Assembly: GCA_020137815.1 (NCBI GenBank)
Contig: CM035359.1
Span: 3,968,001 to 4,032,000, forward strand
From: Hormiphora californensis
Lineage: Eukaryota > Animalia > Ctenophora
Direction: 5' to 3'
DNA: 64,000 nucleotides
The translations under genes were made by a program, and so were the position numbers. Below, piece by piece: positions 42,242 through 54,533 of this stretch. The notes below the pieces were generated by a model. It was not told the origin of the DNA, made no database searches, and was given only the letters and a program-made list of their open reading frames with translations. Every line of letters starts with the position of its first letter. Positions within the stretch are counted from its first letter, which is position 1.

Positions 42242-45200
42242 GTGATAATGCAGACACGTGTAAGGGTAATACCACGTGTAGAGGAATGTGTTATGGGGCC
42301 CATGATGGCACGAGACAAAGGACTGTTTGTATTGGACAGTGTATAGACTCCGGACTACCAGGTAAGATCGAGTCAAGAGTAGATCTGGTGATAACATCAC
42401 GTCTTAATTTGGACAATGAAGAATAAACATTTATCTAATAAGTTGAGAACATAAATCATGCTGCCAGGCCAATCCCAAGGAACCGAAACAACACTTGGTA
42501 ACGAAATAACCCCTCCCTTGCCAGCGTGCGAGGGATTATTTCGTAAACGAAACAAAACACCGAACCACCAACCACAAATTTATTTCCCCACTTCTTAGAA
42601 TGTGTGGACACGTATAATACACGTTAATTTAAATTCCATTTCCCCAGAATGTGTGGACACGTATCACGACTGTCACACGTGGGCGGTGGCCAAGCAGCTG
42701 TGTAGTAATAGTGTTGTGTCGCGAGTCTGCAAGAAGACATGCGGGCTATGTGCAGGTATGTGAATCTTTTTTTAGTTTGTGGGTTCTCAGTAGATTACAA
42801 CTTGCCTTGCTCGAGCCTAAAAAGGATGGAACAAATAAAAACAAAGTACAACTGATCAGTATAGTGCAAGAAAGGCTTCAAGTTCTTTCCTAACCTTATT
42901 TAGTGAAGTTACATTAATAAAAAGCCTTCTCTTATACCCTCTCAGGGCCCAACAAGAATTATTTGCATTATGTATCCATAATACTACGTTTCCCTGCCCT
43001 CTTCGATTTGCCATTCAACTCGCCCAACGAATAAGCTGTCCGCAAAATGGGGATTTGTGTTTTTCGAATTTTTGAACAAAACGCAGAACAGATTTTTCAA
43101 TTTCTCCATTTTCCCCAATCAAAACGTGCGGCCGATATAAAACAAATTTTGCTGCGCGTTACAGTTTATAGCCGTGCGCCCCTCATAAAATGTCAATTGT
43201 TTGCGTGCACGCATTTTTACTCCGCAAGTGTCAGATCGTGCGCGCCGCGAGGTTGCCCCTCGCAAAGAAAGTGTGACCAAAAAGGTCCCTCTACCGATTA
43301 GGTAGTATACCAAAATGTCGTTTTCGAATTCTAACCCTGCTATGCCTTTTTACAAAGTAAAAAGGCATCCGGGTGAATGCCTTCGGCATTCACCCGGGCA
43401 GGGAAAAAATAATCAGTTATAATCACAATATACGATAACTCCGACCCTGTTTCAGAGCCTAAAAAGATCTGCGAAAGAGGGTTTGTTTGCGACGGAAAGT
43501 GTGTCCCCCTAACCTATCTTTGTGATGGAATTTCCGACTGCGACAATGGAGAGGACGAAGAGAGTTGTAACTTTATACATGACCTCTGGTATAAAGCTAA
43601 CGGTAACCAATGGTAACCATGGTTACTGACCAGTGACCTCTGGTATAAAGCTAACGGTAACCAATGGTAATCATGGTTACTGACCAGTGACCTCTGGTAT
43701 AAAGCTAACGGTAACCAATGGTAACCATGGTTACTGACCTCTGGTATAAAGCTAACGTTAACCAATGGTAACCATGGTTACTGACCATGTATTTATAGTG
43801 AGCACTGTGTTTTAAAATCACGAGACTCTGCAGCTATCAGCTGACAACTCAAAACTGGGAAAAAAGAAGTTTCATATTTGGTCAACATGGGGCCATCCAC
43901 GTTTTCCCACGTCAAAATTATAACTGAGTAGTAGCTGTTTCACTTAGAGAAACTAATATCCTCGTCCGGCTCCATTCCGTATATATGGACCAGGGATGCA
44001 CTTTCATCAGAGGGCTACCTTTTATCAAGATCATGATGCTCTTTCGAAAGGCTTGAGTGTTTGAGATAACAAGAAATAAACAAACATTTACAAAATAAGA
44101 AAAAATATACCCAAGGCAGTGGTTATATCGGCAGTCAAAATAAAAATGCACCTGATGCTCACTCGATCTATCCGGTCCTCCCACAGTCGTTCGCCGTATA
44201 ATTATTTTTCTCACACCCTTTTCCTGTCGCCAACATATGCTCATATTTTTGGGGTCCATAAGTTATGGTCCATAACGGTGCCAATGAAAGGGACGAATAA
44301 TTAGACCTGTTCCCTTCCTCTATTTGACAACTCAGCATTGACCAATAATTTACACACACATTATATGTGTGCACATCGTGCATGTTGTCATCTCTCACAG
44401 ATAAAAAGACATGACCCAAAAAATTGACTCAGAAAAAAATCTTTGAAAAGAGAGGTTCCGGCGAGGTTCGAACTCGCGACCTTCTGCGTGTGAAGCAGAC
44501 GTGATAACCACTACACCACGAAACCATATCAAATTACACAATTACGAGGGTGTAATATTTGTTTTGTAGCAAATGCGAGCAGCAGCAATATGAACAAGAA
44601 ATTCATGGGATATTAAATATATAACAGCCTCTGCAGTAGTCTGTATGCAGTATGTGTGTGTAGCTGACTCGGTACTAAATTGGATTAAGGTAGCTCAACA
44701 TTCAACAACGGAAGTTCATTGTTCATTCACATAAAACAATAAAATATGTGAACGATATACTTTTTCTCTATGCCTACTGAACATAAATTTATAACATATT
44801 GCATGTTGTAAATTCAGCCTTTGTATGGAGAATAAAACTATGGCCTCGTATCGTGTCGATGTGTCACAATTAGTCACAAGTATGTACTGTTTTCTAAGCC
44901 TCATGTAATATCTGTATTTAAAAAGAGGCCTAGAGATTCAATGTTATGTTTATGAAATTTTGTCGTAGTGCTCACAAAAAAATGCCATAAAAAGTAGCAA
45001 AAGAGAGGTTCCGGCGAGGTTCGAACTCGCGACCTTCTGCGTGTGAAGCAGACGTGATAACCACTACACCACGAAACCTTGACATAAATGAGAATTCACT
45101 GCTAACTATTCGAGCATCAAGGCAGAAATTTTCTCAATCTTTGAGCCAAACTTTTTACTTCTATTTTAGTTTAGTTGTTCTTAATAACTTAAAACTTAGT

Positions 45201-46940
45201 ATTCTTATCTAAGAAAATTTTATTAAAACCTCTTTATTTCCAGGCACAAGACGCTGTGGAGTTAGATTGGCGCCATTCAAAACTATAACTTACAAGAAAA
45301 AGCAACTTCGTATAAACAGGGCGCCCTCCCCAGCCGCTGTGCCCAATAGACGACGAACTAAACGTCTGGTTAACTCGAAATATGCTCAATCTAATTCCTG
45401 GCCCTGGGCAGGGCTTATTCTTGGGTCTTCGGATAGTGAAAACAAGACTGGGGTAAGTAGGAAAAAAAAGTGCAAAAAGAGTCGAGGTTCGACCGGGTTT
45501 TGAACCCGGGACCTTCTGCGTGTTAAGCAGATGTGATAACCACTACACCACCAAACCTTCGAACATCCTCTGATTCTCAAGCTAACAATCATGAGTTTGA
45601 GAAATACAAAAATAATGCATTATTTTTGTATTTTTCAAACTTGATTGTTAGCTTGAGAATCATAATCAGTCCGAAGGTTTGGTGGTGTAGTGGTTATCAC
45701 ATCTGCTTAACACGCAGAAGGTCCCGGGTTCAAAACCCGGTCGAACCTCGACTCTTTTTGATGTGATGATTTGATAAAAATAACATAAGATTATTGATTA
45801 TGTTATTTAAAAAATCATCGCCCTTCCTTTCCCGTTTTCAGGGCACGGTAACATTTTGTGGGGCAACACTGGTACACCCCCTGTGGGCAGTGACAGCGGC
45901 CCACTGCGTGGTAAACAAGGAAGATACAGAGTTTTATCTATACTTTGGAAAGGTAAATCAAAATAATAAAAGGGGGATGGTTTGCAATTGGGAGACGGGA
46001 GTAAAGGGAAACCATCTCTCGGCTTGGTTATCCGGTATTATAATAGTGCCCGGGGCACTAAAGAGGGGGGGGGGGGCACCGGGCACTGCTGCTAGAAATG
46101 CTATGGGAAAATTTGCTGTTAAGCCAAACTTATAAAATGATTTAACTCCCCCCCCCCTCCCCGGCAGCATTATACGTTTCCCTCGCGAACAAGGAAAAAG
46201 GAGCTAAGGAGAACCCAAGTTCGGTCTCCAGTCAGAGTTATTAACTTCAAAGATTATAATCCAGATGGTAAGTGAGGTTTCTCTTTCTAGAAAGATATAA
46301 CCCAGATGGTAAGATAGAGTATAATTGGTAAGAGGGTGAACAGAGAATTAATATACTTGACATAACGAGGATAGTTACAATGTGTTATTTGTGGAATTAA
46401 CAAGAGACTATTGACTGTCAACCTACTTTTTTACTAGAACTAAAGACCACTAGCTATCAGGAACCGACCGAATCAGCAAATACTGGTCCCTGATTGGCTG
46501 ATAACCAGTCACGTGACCTAAATAACGAGCTCTGATTGGTTGTTTACTTGGTCCGGTCGGTTCCTGCTAGCTATCATGGTATTATAACGGAACCTTAGCA
46601 ACTACACTTCATGTACGAAGATCTGATCAAGTCACAGAAATGACAGGCCTCAGATTGACATTGCAAATTATTGCTATCGGCCGATATTGGTAGAGAGGGA
46701 GTGAGAGAGAGAGAGAGAGAGAGATAGCTTATTTCCCTGCGTCGTAGGTAGGTACAATGTGTACTGCACCAGATGATCACTCTTACTATCTTTCTCTCTC
46801 TTTCTCTTTCTCCCTCTCTCTCTCTCTCTTACTCTTTCTCTCTCTCTCTCTCTCACTCCCTTTCTCCCTCTCTCTCTCTCTCTCTCTTACTCTTTCTCTC
46901 TCTCTCTCTCTCACTCCCTTTCTCCCTCTCTCTCACTCTT

Positions 46941-47028
<88 letters not shown>

Positions 47029-48613
47029 GTAACATATATTGGAAACATATTATCCCGAGGTGTCAACTCCATCACCTTGGTCCCACATTCATGACGAGTA
47101 TGAGCTATATCGTGAAACATTACAATATGTTACTTGAAATTAACTCCGACCGACCCCCACGTGGTACTTTGAACTATTTGCACCCTTATCAAGCCAACAG
47201 CTGTCAGACACACATCTGGCATCTCCCCTTTCGGGTTGCACGGAAGGAATAAAAGTCAACTCTTTGGTCGGCTGTCATGGGACTCACACAGTATTGGGCT
47301 AAACAACGCGGTACCCTAACACACACCCACCTCCCCTTTGATGCAGGTGTGTATCACGATATAGCACTAATAAAGCTAAACGAGACAGTCCAGCTAGACG
47401 AATATGTGAACACCCTGTGTGCACCGCTAAATATGGACGTGAGGCAGTTCTACAGTTCTGGGGGAGTTTCTACCGGGTGGGGCCGCCCTGACTCAGGTAC
47501 AATGTGTGTTCCACAACTCACTAATAGGGGGGAGTTTCAACCGGGTGGGGCCGCCCTGACTCAGGTACAATGTGTGTTCCAGCCAACTCACTCATTTGAG
47601 GGGCCCGAAAACCCCCATTGTCAACCCGTCCTTGTGTGGCTAACACCGTCATTTTATTTCAAAGAGTGCGCTCTGTGAGGGTTCGGTAGATCAAACGGGG
47701 ATTCCGGGATCAAACCCATCCCCCCAAAACAATGTGTTTTTAAGAAAATAAATATGAATTTCATATTTATTTTCATATTATGAAATAACTATTTAGAGCT
47801 GTCAGAACCTCATTCAATCCCAAATCTCTCTAGATCAGTATCGTGTATCAACCAAGCTACGACAGACGCTAGTGAAACCCATGGATAGGAGGCGATGTTA
47901 CAATGAAATATTTGATCTTCCCTCCTGGTACTCCCACATGAAAACCGTACACAACTCCCTCATCTGCACCGAAATTGATGTCGATAACGTATGTATAACA
48001 GTTGGACACGGGATGCTCGGAGGAAGCCATTTTGCCCGGTTAATCGAGGTCAAATACCGTCACTTTCCTATATCCGTCTCCATTAAACCAAGTTAACAAC
48101 TACATATTATATTGCTGCCCCCCTTATTAGGGATACGGAGTGATATGTGACGGAGACAGTGGTTCACCCATGATGGTCAAGAGATTTGTGGGCTCCTATA
48201 CTTTCCTGGGGATTGCTGCCTTTGGGACAAGCAAGAACTGCAGCGAACCAGGTAACTAGGTAACTAGGTTACCATGGTAATCTGGTAACTAGGTTACCAT
48301 GGTAACCTGGTAACTAGGTTACCATGGTAACTAGGTAACTAGGTAACCAGGTAACTTGGTAACCCGGTAACTAGGTAACCCGGTAACTAGGTAACCCGGT
48401 AACTAGGTGGGTAAGATATAATACGTGAATTGTTTTGTCTCTCCTAGTGTTTTGTCTCTCCTAGTGTTTTGTCTCTCCTAGTGTTTTGTCTCACATAACA
48501 CATTATTAATTAACAACCCATTTTAATACATCCCAGGTGAGGCAGCAGTGTACACCAATGTCTACTATTACCTGCCCTGGATGCGAAACTATATTGACCT
48601 AACCTATGTGTGA
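42242..48613 (+). CDS. Modular S1 serine protease: Cys-rich module + ShKT + LDL-receptor class A + trypsin-fold domain
   Basis: Exons 42242-42361, 42648-42756 (ShKT CVDTYHDC..CKKTCGLC), 43456-43602 (LDLa CDGISDCDNGEDEESC), 45244-45452 (RTKR|LVNS..SWPW), 45842-45952 (TAAHC), 46168-46267, 47347-47496 (DIAL, TGWG), ~47834-47988, 48131-48251 (GDSGSP), 48537-48613 (AVYTNV..YLPWM, TGA). 5' exons probably lie in 39138-40237 but are unresolved. Confidence 0.9.
42951..43409 (-). mobile_element. HINE/DINE-like element, copy 3
   Basis: Same 5' hairpin (43369-43409) and 3' stem-loop plus subterminal match (42951-43000) as copies 1 and 2. Confidence 0.7.
44453..44525 (-). tRNA. tRNA-Val(CAC)
   Basis: GGTTTCGTGGTGTAGTGGTTATCACGTCTGCTTCACACGCAGAAGGTCGCGAGTTCGAACCTCGCCGGAACCT; intronic in the protease gene. 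Confidence 0.95.
45006..45078 (-). tRNA. tRNA-Val(CAC), identical second copy
   Basis: Identical to 44453-44525. Confidence 0.95.
45485..45557 (-). tRNA. tRNA-Val(AAC)
   Basis: Cloverleaf with anticodon loop TTAACAC, followed by a T-run. Confidence 0.93.
45676..45748 (+). tRNA. tRNA-Val(AAC), inverted identical copy
   Basis: Reverse complement of 45485-45557; TTTTT terminator downstream. Confidence 0.93.
46458..46566. mobile_element. hAT-type MITE with 8-bp TSD CTAGCTAT
   Basis: TIR CAGGAACCGACCG / CGGTCGGTTCCTG flanked by direct repeats. Confidence 0.85.
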
Positions 48614-49540
48614 CAAGACTTTATTATTGATTGTACACACAGTAGGGGAGAAGAAGTGTGTGACAAGACACAGTAGGGGAGAAGAAGTTTGCGTATACCC
48701 CCACCTTCATCTCAATCTACCTTTTAGGATATATTTAGAGATTTAAAGAGCTGAAGAACTATTTATTGCGATGAGAGAGTGCCATGTGTCAGTAAGCACG
48801 GGATGCTTTTTGATTTATCAAATCTGCGTGTTTGTATTTGTAGGAGCTTTTCCCAAAGTTTGATAGAGGGAGGTGCGAAAGGGGAGAGGGGACTACTAAC
48901 ATGTTTTAATGGTAATGAGGTCCACTCAAGACGGTCTATCGCTACCATGATTCCATGCTGAGTAGAAAATTAACGGTTGTCATGGAACACAGCCTCCAGT
49001 TATCACCTGGAGGGTAGATAAAGTAAACACGATTAAATTAACTTCGAAAAAGACAAAACTGTGAAATTTCCCAGGCTTACTATGCGGTCACGTGACCCTG
49101 CGCAACAAGTTGTTTGCTTTTTACATTGCAAACGTTTCGCGCGCGCGGGTACGGCAAGCGGGAGAAAGAATACAGAGAGGCGAATTTGAACGGTTACTTG
49201 TGTTATGGTATAAAATATGAATGTGTGAAAACAAAATGGCGGAGTGTTTAGTAATGGAACTTTAGAAATAAAAATTCTGGAAAACCTGATAAATGAACCC
49301 AATTTTCAAGGTGTTGAACTGGTTCTGGCTAATCTTTCAATTCCGCCTCTGCTGTCTGCATACATGTATCTTGAAAATCATATCTCCAAAACATGCTATG
49401 AAATATGATGACATGATTAAATGTTCAAACTCAAAAAACAATCGAATTTTGTGGAAAATAACCTCTCTCATTCTTCACACAATCATCATGGTCGGGTTTA
49501 AATAAATAAAGATAGTTCTTTCTCTCTCTCTCTCTCAACT

Positions 49541-50965
49541 TCACACCATGAATTCATCACTCTCTCTAAGGTTCTTTTCCAGCACATAATGCGTCAGCGG
49601 GCTCAATTCGTTTGTAGTAATCTTTCTTTGTCGCCCTAATCTTGAAGCCGAATTTCTCGTAAAACTTTATAGCTTCGTCGTTACTTATTTGGACGTGCCT
49701 GAAATATAAACAAATTGGGTTAAACAGTTGGTCGAGCAGAAAAACCAGAAAACTGATTTACAGCCATAGAGACAGTTATATGGAGTATTTTCTCATAAAA
49801 GACTGTCCTCTCTCGCTGCGTGTACGATATCACAGTCAGAGCCTAAGAAATGGATTACAGGATAGATCTGATTCGGCCGGGAGATATCGCGGCTTTAATA
49901 AAATTTGGAAAAAGCACAAAACCAAAACAGGTACATATGTATACTTACAAGAAAATGGCATCGTAATTTCCATCATCTTTTGTTATCTTTAACAGGTGAT
50001 CAAGCAACGTTCTCCCTGTAACAATTTTTAAATGAATATTGAAAAAGGCATATTTATGTTGTCATGTTCTAACCCTTCCTTTACATTTCGGAGCTCGCGA
50101 AAAGAGGGTCGAGCTAGGCAAACATTCGGTTATTAAAATTAGAAAGATAGGATATTTATTGCTTGCAGTTGATCCCCAATGCCACGATTACTTACCCACG
50201 CCACAACGCCGATAAGGTCCCAAACAACCAAGTGTCATGATGTATAGCTTCTTTAGGCCATCTGAGTTATCGATCCTACAACACACTGCCCCAACCACAA
50301 TATCATTGAAATACGCTGAAGAATAAATAGTTAGTAAACAACTGCACACTATGGAGCATGGAGGTATCTCGTCAAGTGCGACTTTGAAAAATGTGAACCG
50401 TACGGGTAATTCGATTTGCTATCGCGTCAAGCGTACAATGATGTAATTTGGAAACATTATCAAGATAATCATCCTATAGGTATTGAAAACACATTGAATC
50501 CCTACAATATCTAAAACCCACGCACCTAATTTAGCGAGCTCCCCCACCTCCAACACATCTTTATAGAACTTATCATTGTAGCTGACTGGAAATACAACCT
50601 GATTCAGCACCTGATAAAGAAGGAATTGTTATCACGAAATAAACGCTGCGTACCGAAAAGCATGGTCAAACTGTATCTAACGATTCAAATATCTCCGGAT
50701 TAATAACCGTAATCAATGGGTTAACAAATTTACAAATAAAGATTTAGCATAACACAACAGGTCTTCCGTTAGTGGGTCCCCCTAAAATAAATATAATAGT
50801 TTGACAGATAAATAGTAAAACAGTTTTCAAGATTGCCTAGCTAGACTCTGTTTACAAATGTAAAGGAGGGTTAGAACAAGTTCAAGAAGGGTGGATTACC
50901 TTGAGCTGTTGAAGGTTATGTTGTGTAAGATCACCAAGTTCCACACGCGGCTTCGGCACGGGCAT
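49541..50965 (-). CDS. NAA50: N-alpha-acetyltransferase 50 (NatE catalytic subunit)
   Basis: Exons 50965-50900 (VELGDLTQHNLQQLK), 50610-50526 (VLNQVVFPVSYNDKFYKDVLEVGELAKL), 50315-50196 (AYFNDIVVGAVCCR..LYIMTLGCLGPYRR), 50015-49949, 49698-49541 (HVQISN..FYEKFGF..YYKRIEPADA). There is a 1-nt excess near 49588. Confidence 0.95.
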
Positions 50966-51663
50966 TACTACTGATGAGTAATATTATTATATTGCTAATT
51001 ATATTACTAATAAAGGTTTACAAGCTTGAAAAATGTTACTTAAATTACCCTGGTACCCGCTGTACTTCCCCCCCCCCCCCCAGCGTACGGCGTACGCTAC
51101 AAGTTTATCATAAATGAGGAACCTTGAAAACGTTAGATCTTCACTGTGCGACTAGTTTAGACTTATCACATGGTCGCGATGCAGTCCGTGGTTCTTATTG
51201 CTGCAGGCCCCACGAGTTTATCTATTAGGAAATGTCAAGCCCTAACCCCAACCCAAACCCCCAGCCTTATCCCTAATCATACTTTAGCCCTAACCCTAAA
51301 AAACCGTGAGTACTGACACTCCAAACACCCAGATTTTAATGTTGGCCAGGGGCAACATTGTTGGCTTGTAAAACCCCCCGCAAGTAGGGCGCAGCCACGA
51401 CGGGGTGTAGGCCGTAGGGACCAGGAGCTGCAATTTTGACATTTTGACGATGATTTCAACGATCGGAGTGCTCTCGAAAAGGCGGCAGCCCCGGCGGGGG
51501 TGTAGGGGCGGAGCCCCCGCAAGCAGGGTCCAGGGGCTGCAAGCCCCGGTGGGGGTCGAGGGGGCGATGATTTTAACAATCAGAAAGCGCTTGAAAAGTG
51601 TAAAAGCCCGAAACTGGAAACAGAGAGAAAAAATGAAAAAGTTAGAAAAACAAAACCTGTGAA

Positions 51664-51865
51664 TAGGGATCCCTAAAAAAGTTCAGTATTTACACAGAGT
51701 TTACACCAGTTAAGCCATTTCAGTTTTTCCCACGGTAGCGTGGGAAGAAAATTTTTGAAATCTGCGCTGTGATTGGCTTAAATTTTCCATCGTCAGAAAT
51801 TTCAGCCAATCACAGCGCTCTGGTGTAAACGCTGTGTAAATACTGAACTTTTTTAGGGATCCCTA
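51664..51865. mobile_element. Inverted-repeat element bounded by palindromic TAGGGATCCCTA
   Basis: ~45-bp TIRs TAGGGATCCCTAAAAAAGTTCAGTATTTACACAG; related termini at 60605-61137. Confidence 0.65.
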
Positions 51866-52089
51866 ATAGGGACCAATCACAGCGCAGATTTCAAAAATTT
51901 TCTTCCCACGCTACCGTGGCATACGTGCGCTGCAAGCCTACGCGCGCGTGCGCGCGTGTTTGTAAATCAATTTTTTTTGATAAAAAAAATTTAAAACAAA
52001 ATAAAATCAAAAATATTTTCAAACACGTGTTCCTTTCTTTGTTTGAAAAGCGCTGCCTTATCCCGCGCTGCGCGTGGCGCAGAACAGGG

Positions 52090-52959
52090 GGTAAGTCGGA
52101 AGAACCTGTCCGTTCCTCTCATGAGCGCTCATGAGTGTATCATGAGTGTGTCATGAGTGTATCATGAGTGTATCATGAGCGCTCATGAGACGTTTTTAGG
52201 TGTTTCAACGTCTCATGAGCGCTCATGAGTGTATCATGAGTGTGTCATGAGTGTATCATGAGCGCTCATGAGTGCTCATGAGACCTTGCTCATGAGCGCT
52301 CATGAGACATATGTCTCATCCCATCTCTGTTTCAATGTCTCATGAGCGCTCATGAGACGTTTTGACCTACATGTGCTCATGAGTGTATCATGAGACATGT
52401 CTCATGAGACATATGTCTCATGAGACGTTAGGGTTATGGTTATGGTTGGGTTTAGGGTTGGGCTAGGGTTAGGGCTTTCCTTTAGGTCTAGGGACCCGTA
52501 GAGGGTAGGGCTAGGTCCAAGCCTATGGGTCAACCCTAACCCTATCCCTACGGGTCCCTAGACCTAAAGGAAAGCCCTAACCCTAGCCCAACCCTAAACC
52601 CAACCATAACCATAACCCTAACGTCTCATGAGACATATGTCTCATGAGACATGTCTCATGATACACTCATGAGCACATGTAGGTCAAAACGTCTCATGAG
52701 CGCTCATGAGACATTGAAACAGAGATGGGATGAGACATATGTCTCATGAGCGCTCATGAGCAAGGTCTCATGAGCACTCATGAGCGCTCATGATACACTC
52801 ATGACACACTCATGATACACTCATGAGCGCTCATGAGACGTTGAAACACCTAAAAACGTCTCATGAGCGCTCATGATACACTCATGATACACTCATGACA
52901 CACTCATGATACACTCATGAGCGCTCATGAGAGGAACGGACAGGTTCTTCCGACTTACC
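52090..52959. mobile_element. Foldback element with 8-bp TSD GAACAGGG (GGTAA termini, Merlin-like)
   Basis: Nearly perfect 870-bp palindrome made of TCATGAG subrepeats, with TTAGGG-like repeats near the centre. Confidence 0.85.
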
Positions 52960-53601
52960 GAACAGGGATAAGGAGGGAACACCGCGCATGTACAGGATCC
53001 TGTCCCAAGTCATTTTGACCATGTTCCGGAGGTCCTACAATCACCAAATTTTGGGAATTGGTAGCGTTTGACATGAATTTGATGACTCTCTTTTCAATTT
53101 TGGAAATCGATCACTTTTGCACGCGCAAATGTAGAGCCGCGCACACTATTTAATATTGCTAACGCGCATGTCTTAAAGTGAGCCGCGCACCAATTTCAAA
53201 TGATTCTGGAAAAAATATCATTCGATTTCCACTGGTTCGACGCAAATCCAATATGGCCGACTTTCAGTTAGGGAAAACCCAAAGAAAATTGTTATGAGTT
53301 GATTTGAATAGAGTACTTTATACTTACTTCCTTCCATGTTATGTACTTCATGAGGGCAAAGACCTATAAATTGCCTTACCTAATAAGGATATGCTCCAAT
53401 CCGTTAATATTTAGCTTAATCAAGAAACGAAGTACGAGGGCGATAACCCTGCGATAAAACGATTGGAAGAGACAGTAAACGACTTTGTTTCTGAAGTTTA
53501 CTGGTTGAACTCTGCTGATGATCCCAACACGACGAGTATCACATCGGATCAGTTTATTCAATGTTATAAATCGATCCAAGCTGCACCCGACTCAATGTTA
53601 A

Positions 53602-54483
53602 CCCTTTGGAGACGATTGGGTCACAGGTGACCCACAACTTTGAACCCATATAGCGTCTTTCTAGACCATATTTGAAAGTTTTAAATCGTTTCCAGGGTTG
53701 AACCATACATTTTTCTAGCATTTTGAGGTCGTTTTGAGCCTCTGAAGTTATCGACTTTGGAAAACAGTGCTAAAACAGTGCATTTGGTAGGCAAAATGGG
53801 TAGTTTAATGGCCATATCTCAAAATTGGTACGAGTATACTTAAAATGGACTTGGAAAATGCAAGAAAAGTGTGTATTTTACCCCGGGGTAAAGTTTCAGG
53901 GTGATATTCCAAATTTTGTGCCTCTCAGAGGCGTTCAAAGTGCTGGGTCACCTGTGACCCAATCGTCCCCTAACGCTAAAACAGGAATTTGCATTTTACG
54001 AGCATTTCTAAAGGAATGGCCCCCGATAAAAGTCTAAAACGGCATTTTTTAAACAGGTGCTAGCGACTAACCGACTCCATCATTGTTATCTCAACATCTT
54101 AGGGAGTCGATGAAAAAATTTTTGAGATCCGTGCTCCTTCAGAAAATTTTTCATCTCGGCCAATTTTAAAATTCTAAAATCGGCTACAGATGAGATAGAG
54201 AGGCCCATAGGGTGTGCAAACTGTGCAGAATGGCCGGGTTTATATAAGTGTTATGAACAAACATAGGGTCTAAAATGAACAGTTTACGAGTTATCGGGCA
54301 AAATAGCGGCAAAATCTCAATTCCTATTTTAGCGTTAGGGGACGATTGGGTCACAGGTGACCCAATAGAAATACAGGTGGTAGAACCAAAATTCCTTTTC
54401 CTGCGTTCAAGTAGGTTCAAAGTGAGTGTCTCTAGAAAGTTTTAGAGAATTCTGTCGACAGGGGGCTTATCGTCCCCAAAGGG
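53602..54483. mobile_element. piggyBac-like non-autonomous element
   Basis: ttaa|CCCTTTGGAGACGAT ... ATCGTCCCCAAAGGG|ttaa; internal ATTGGGTCACAGGTGACCCA repeats; a related end fragment lies at ~9100-9143. Confidence 0.8.
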
Positions 54484-54533
54484 TTAACCAACGACAGTGT
54501 AGCTTCCCCTTGCAATCACTGGGGTTCGTACTT

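Noticed and set aside
52428-52621. Telomere-telomere fusion site
   Set aside because: The repeats are few, degenerate and inside a TSD-flanked palindromic element.
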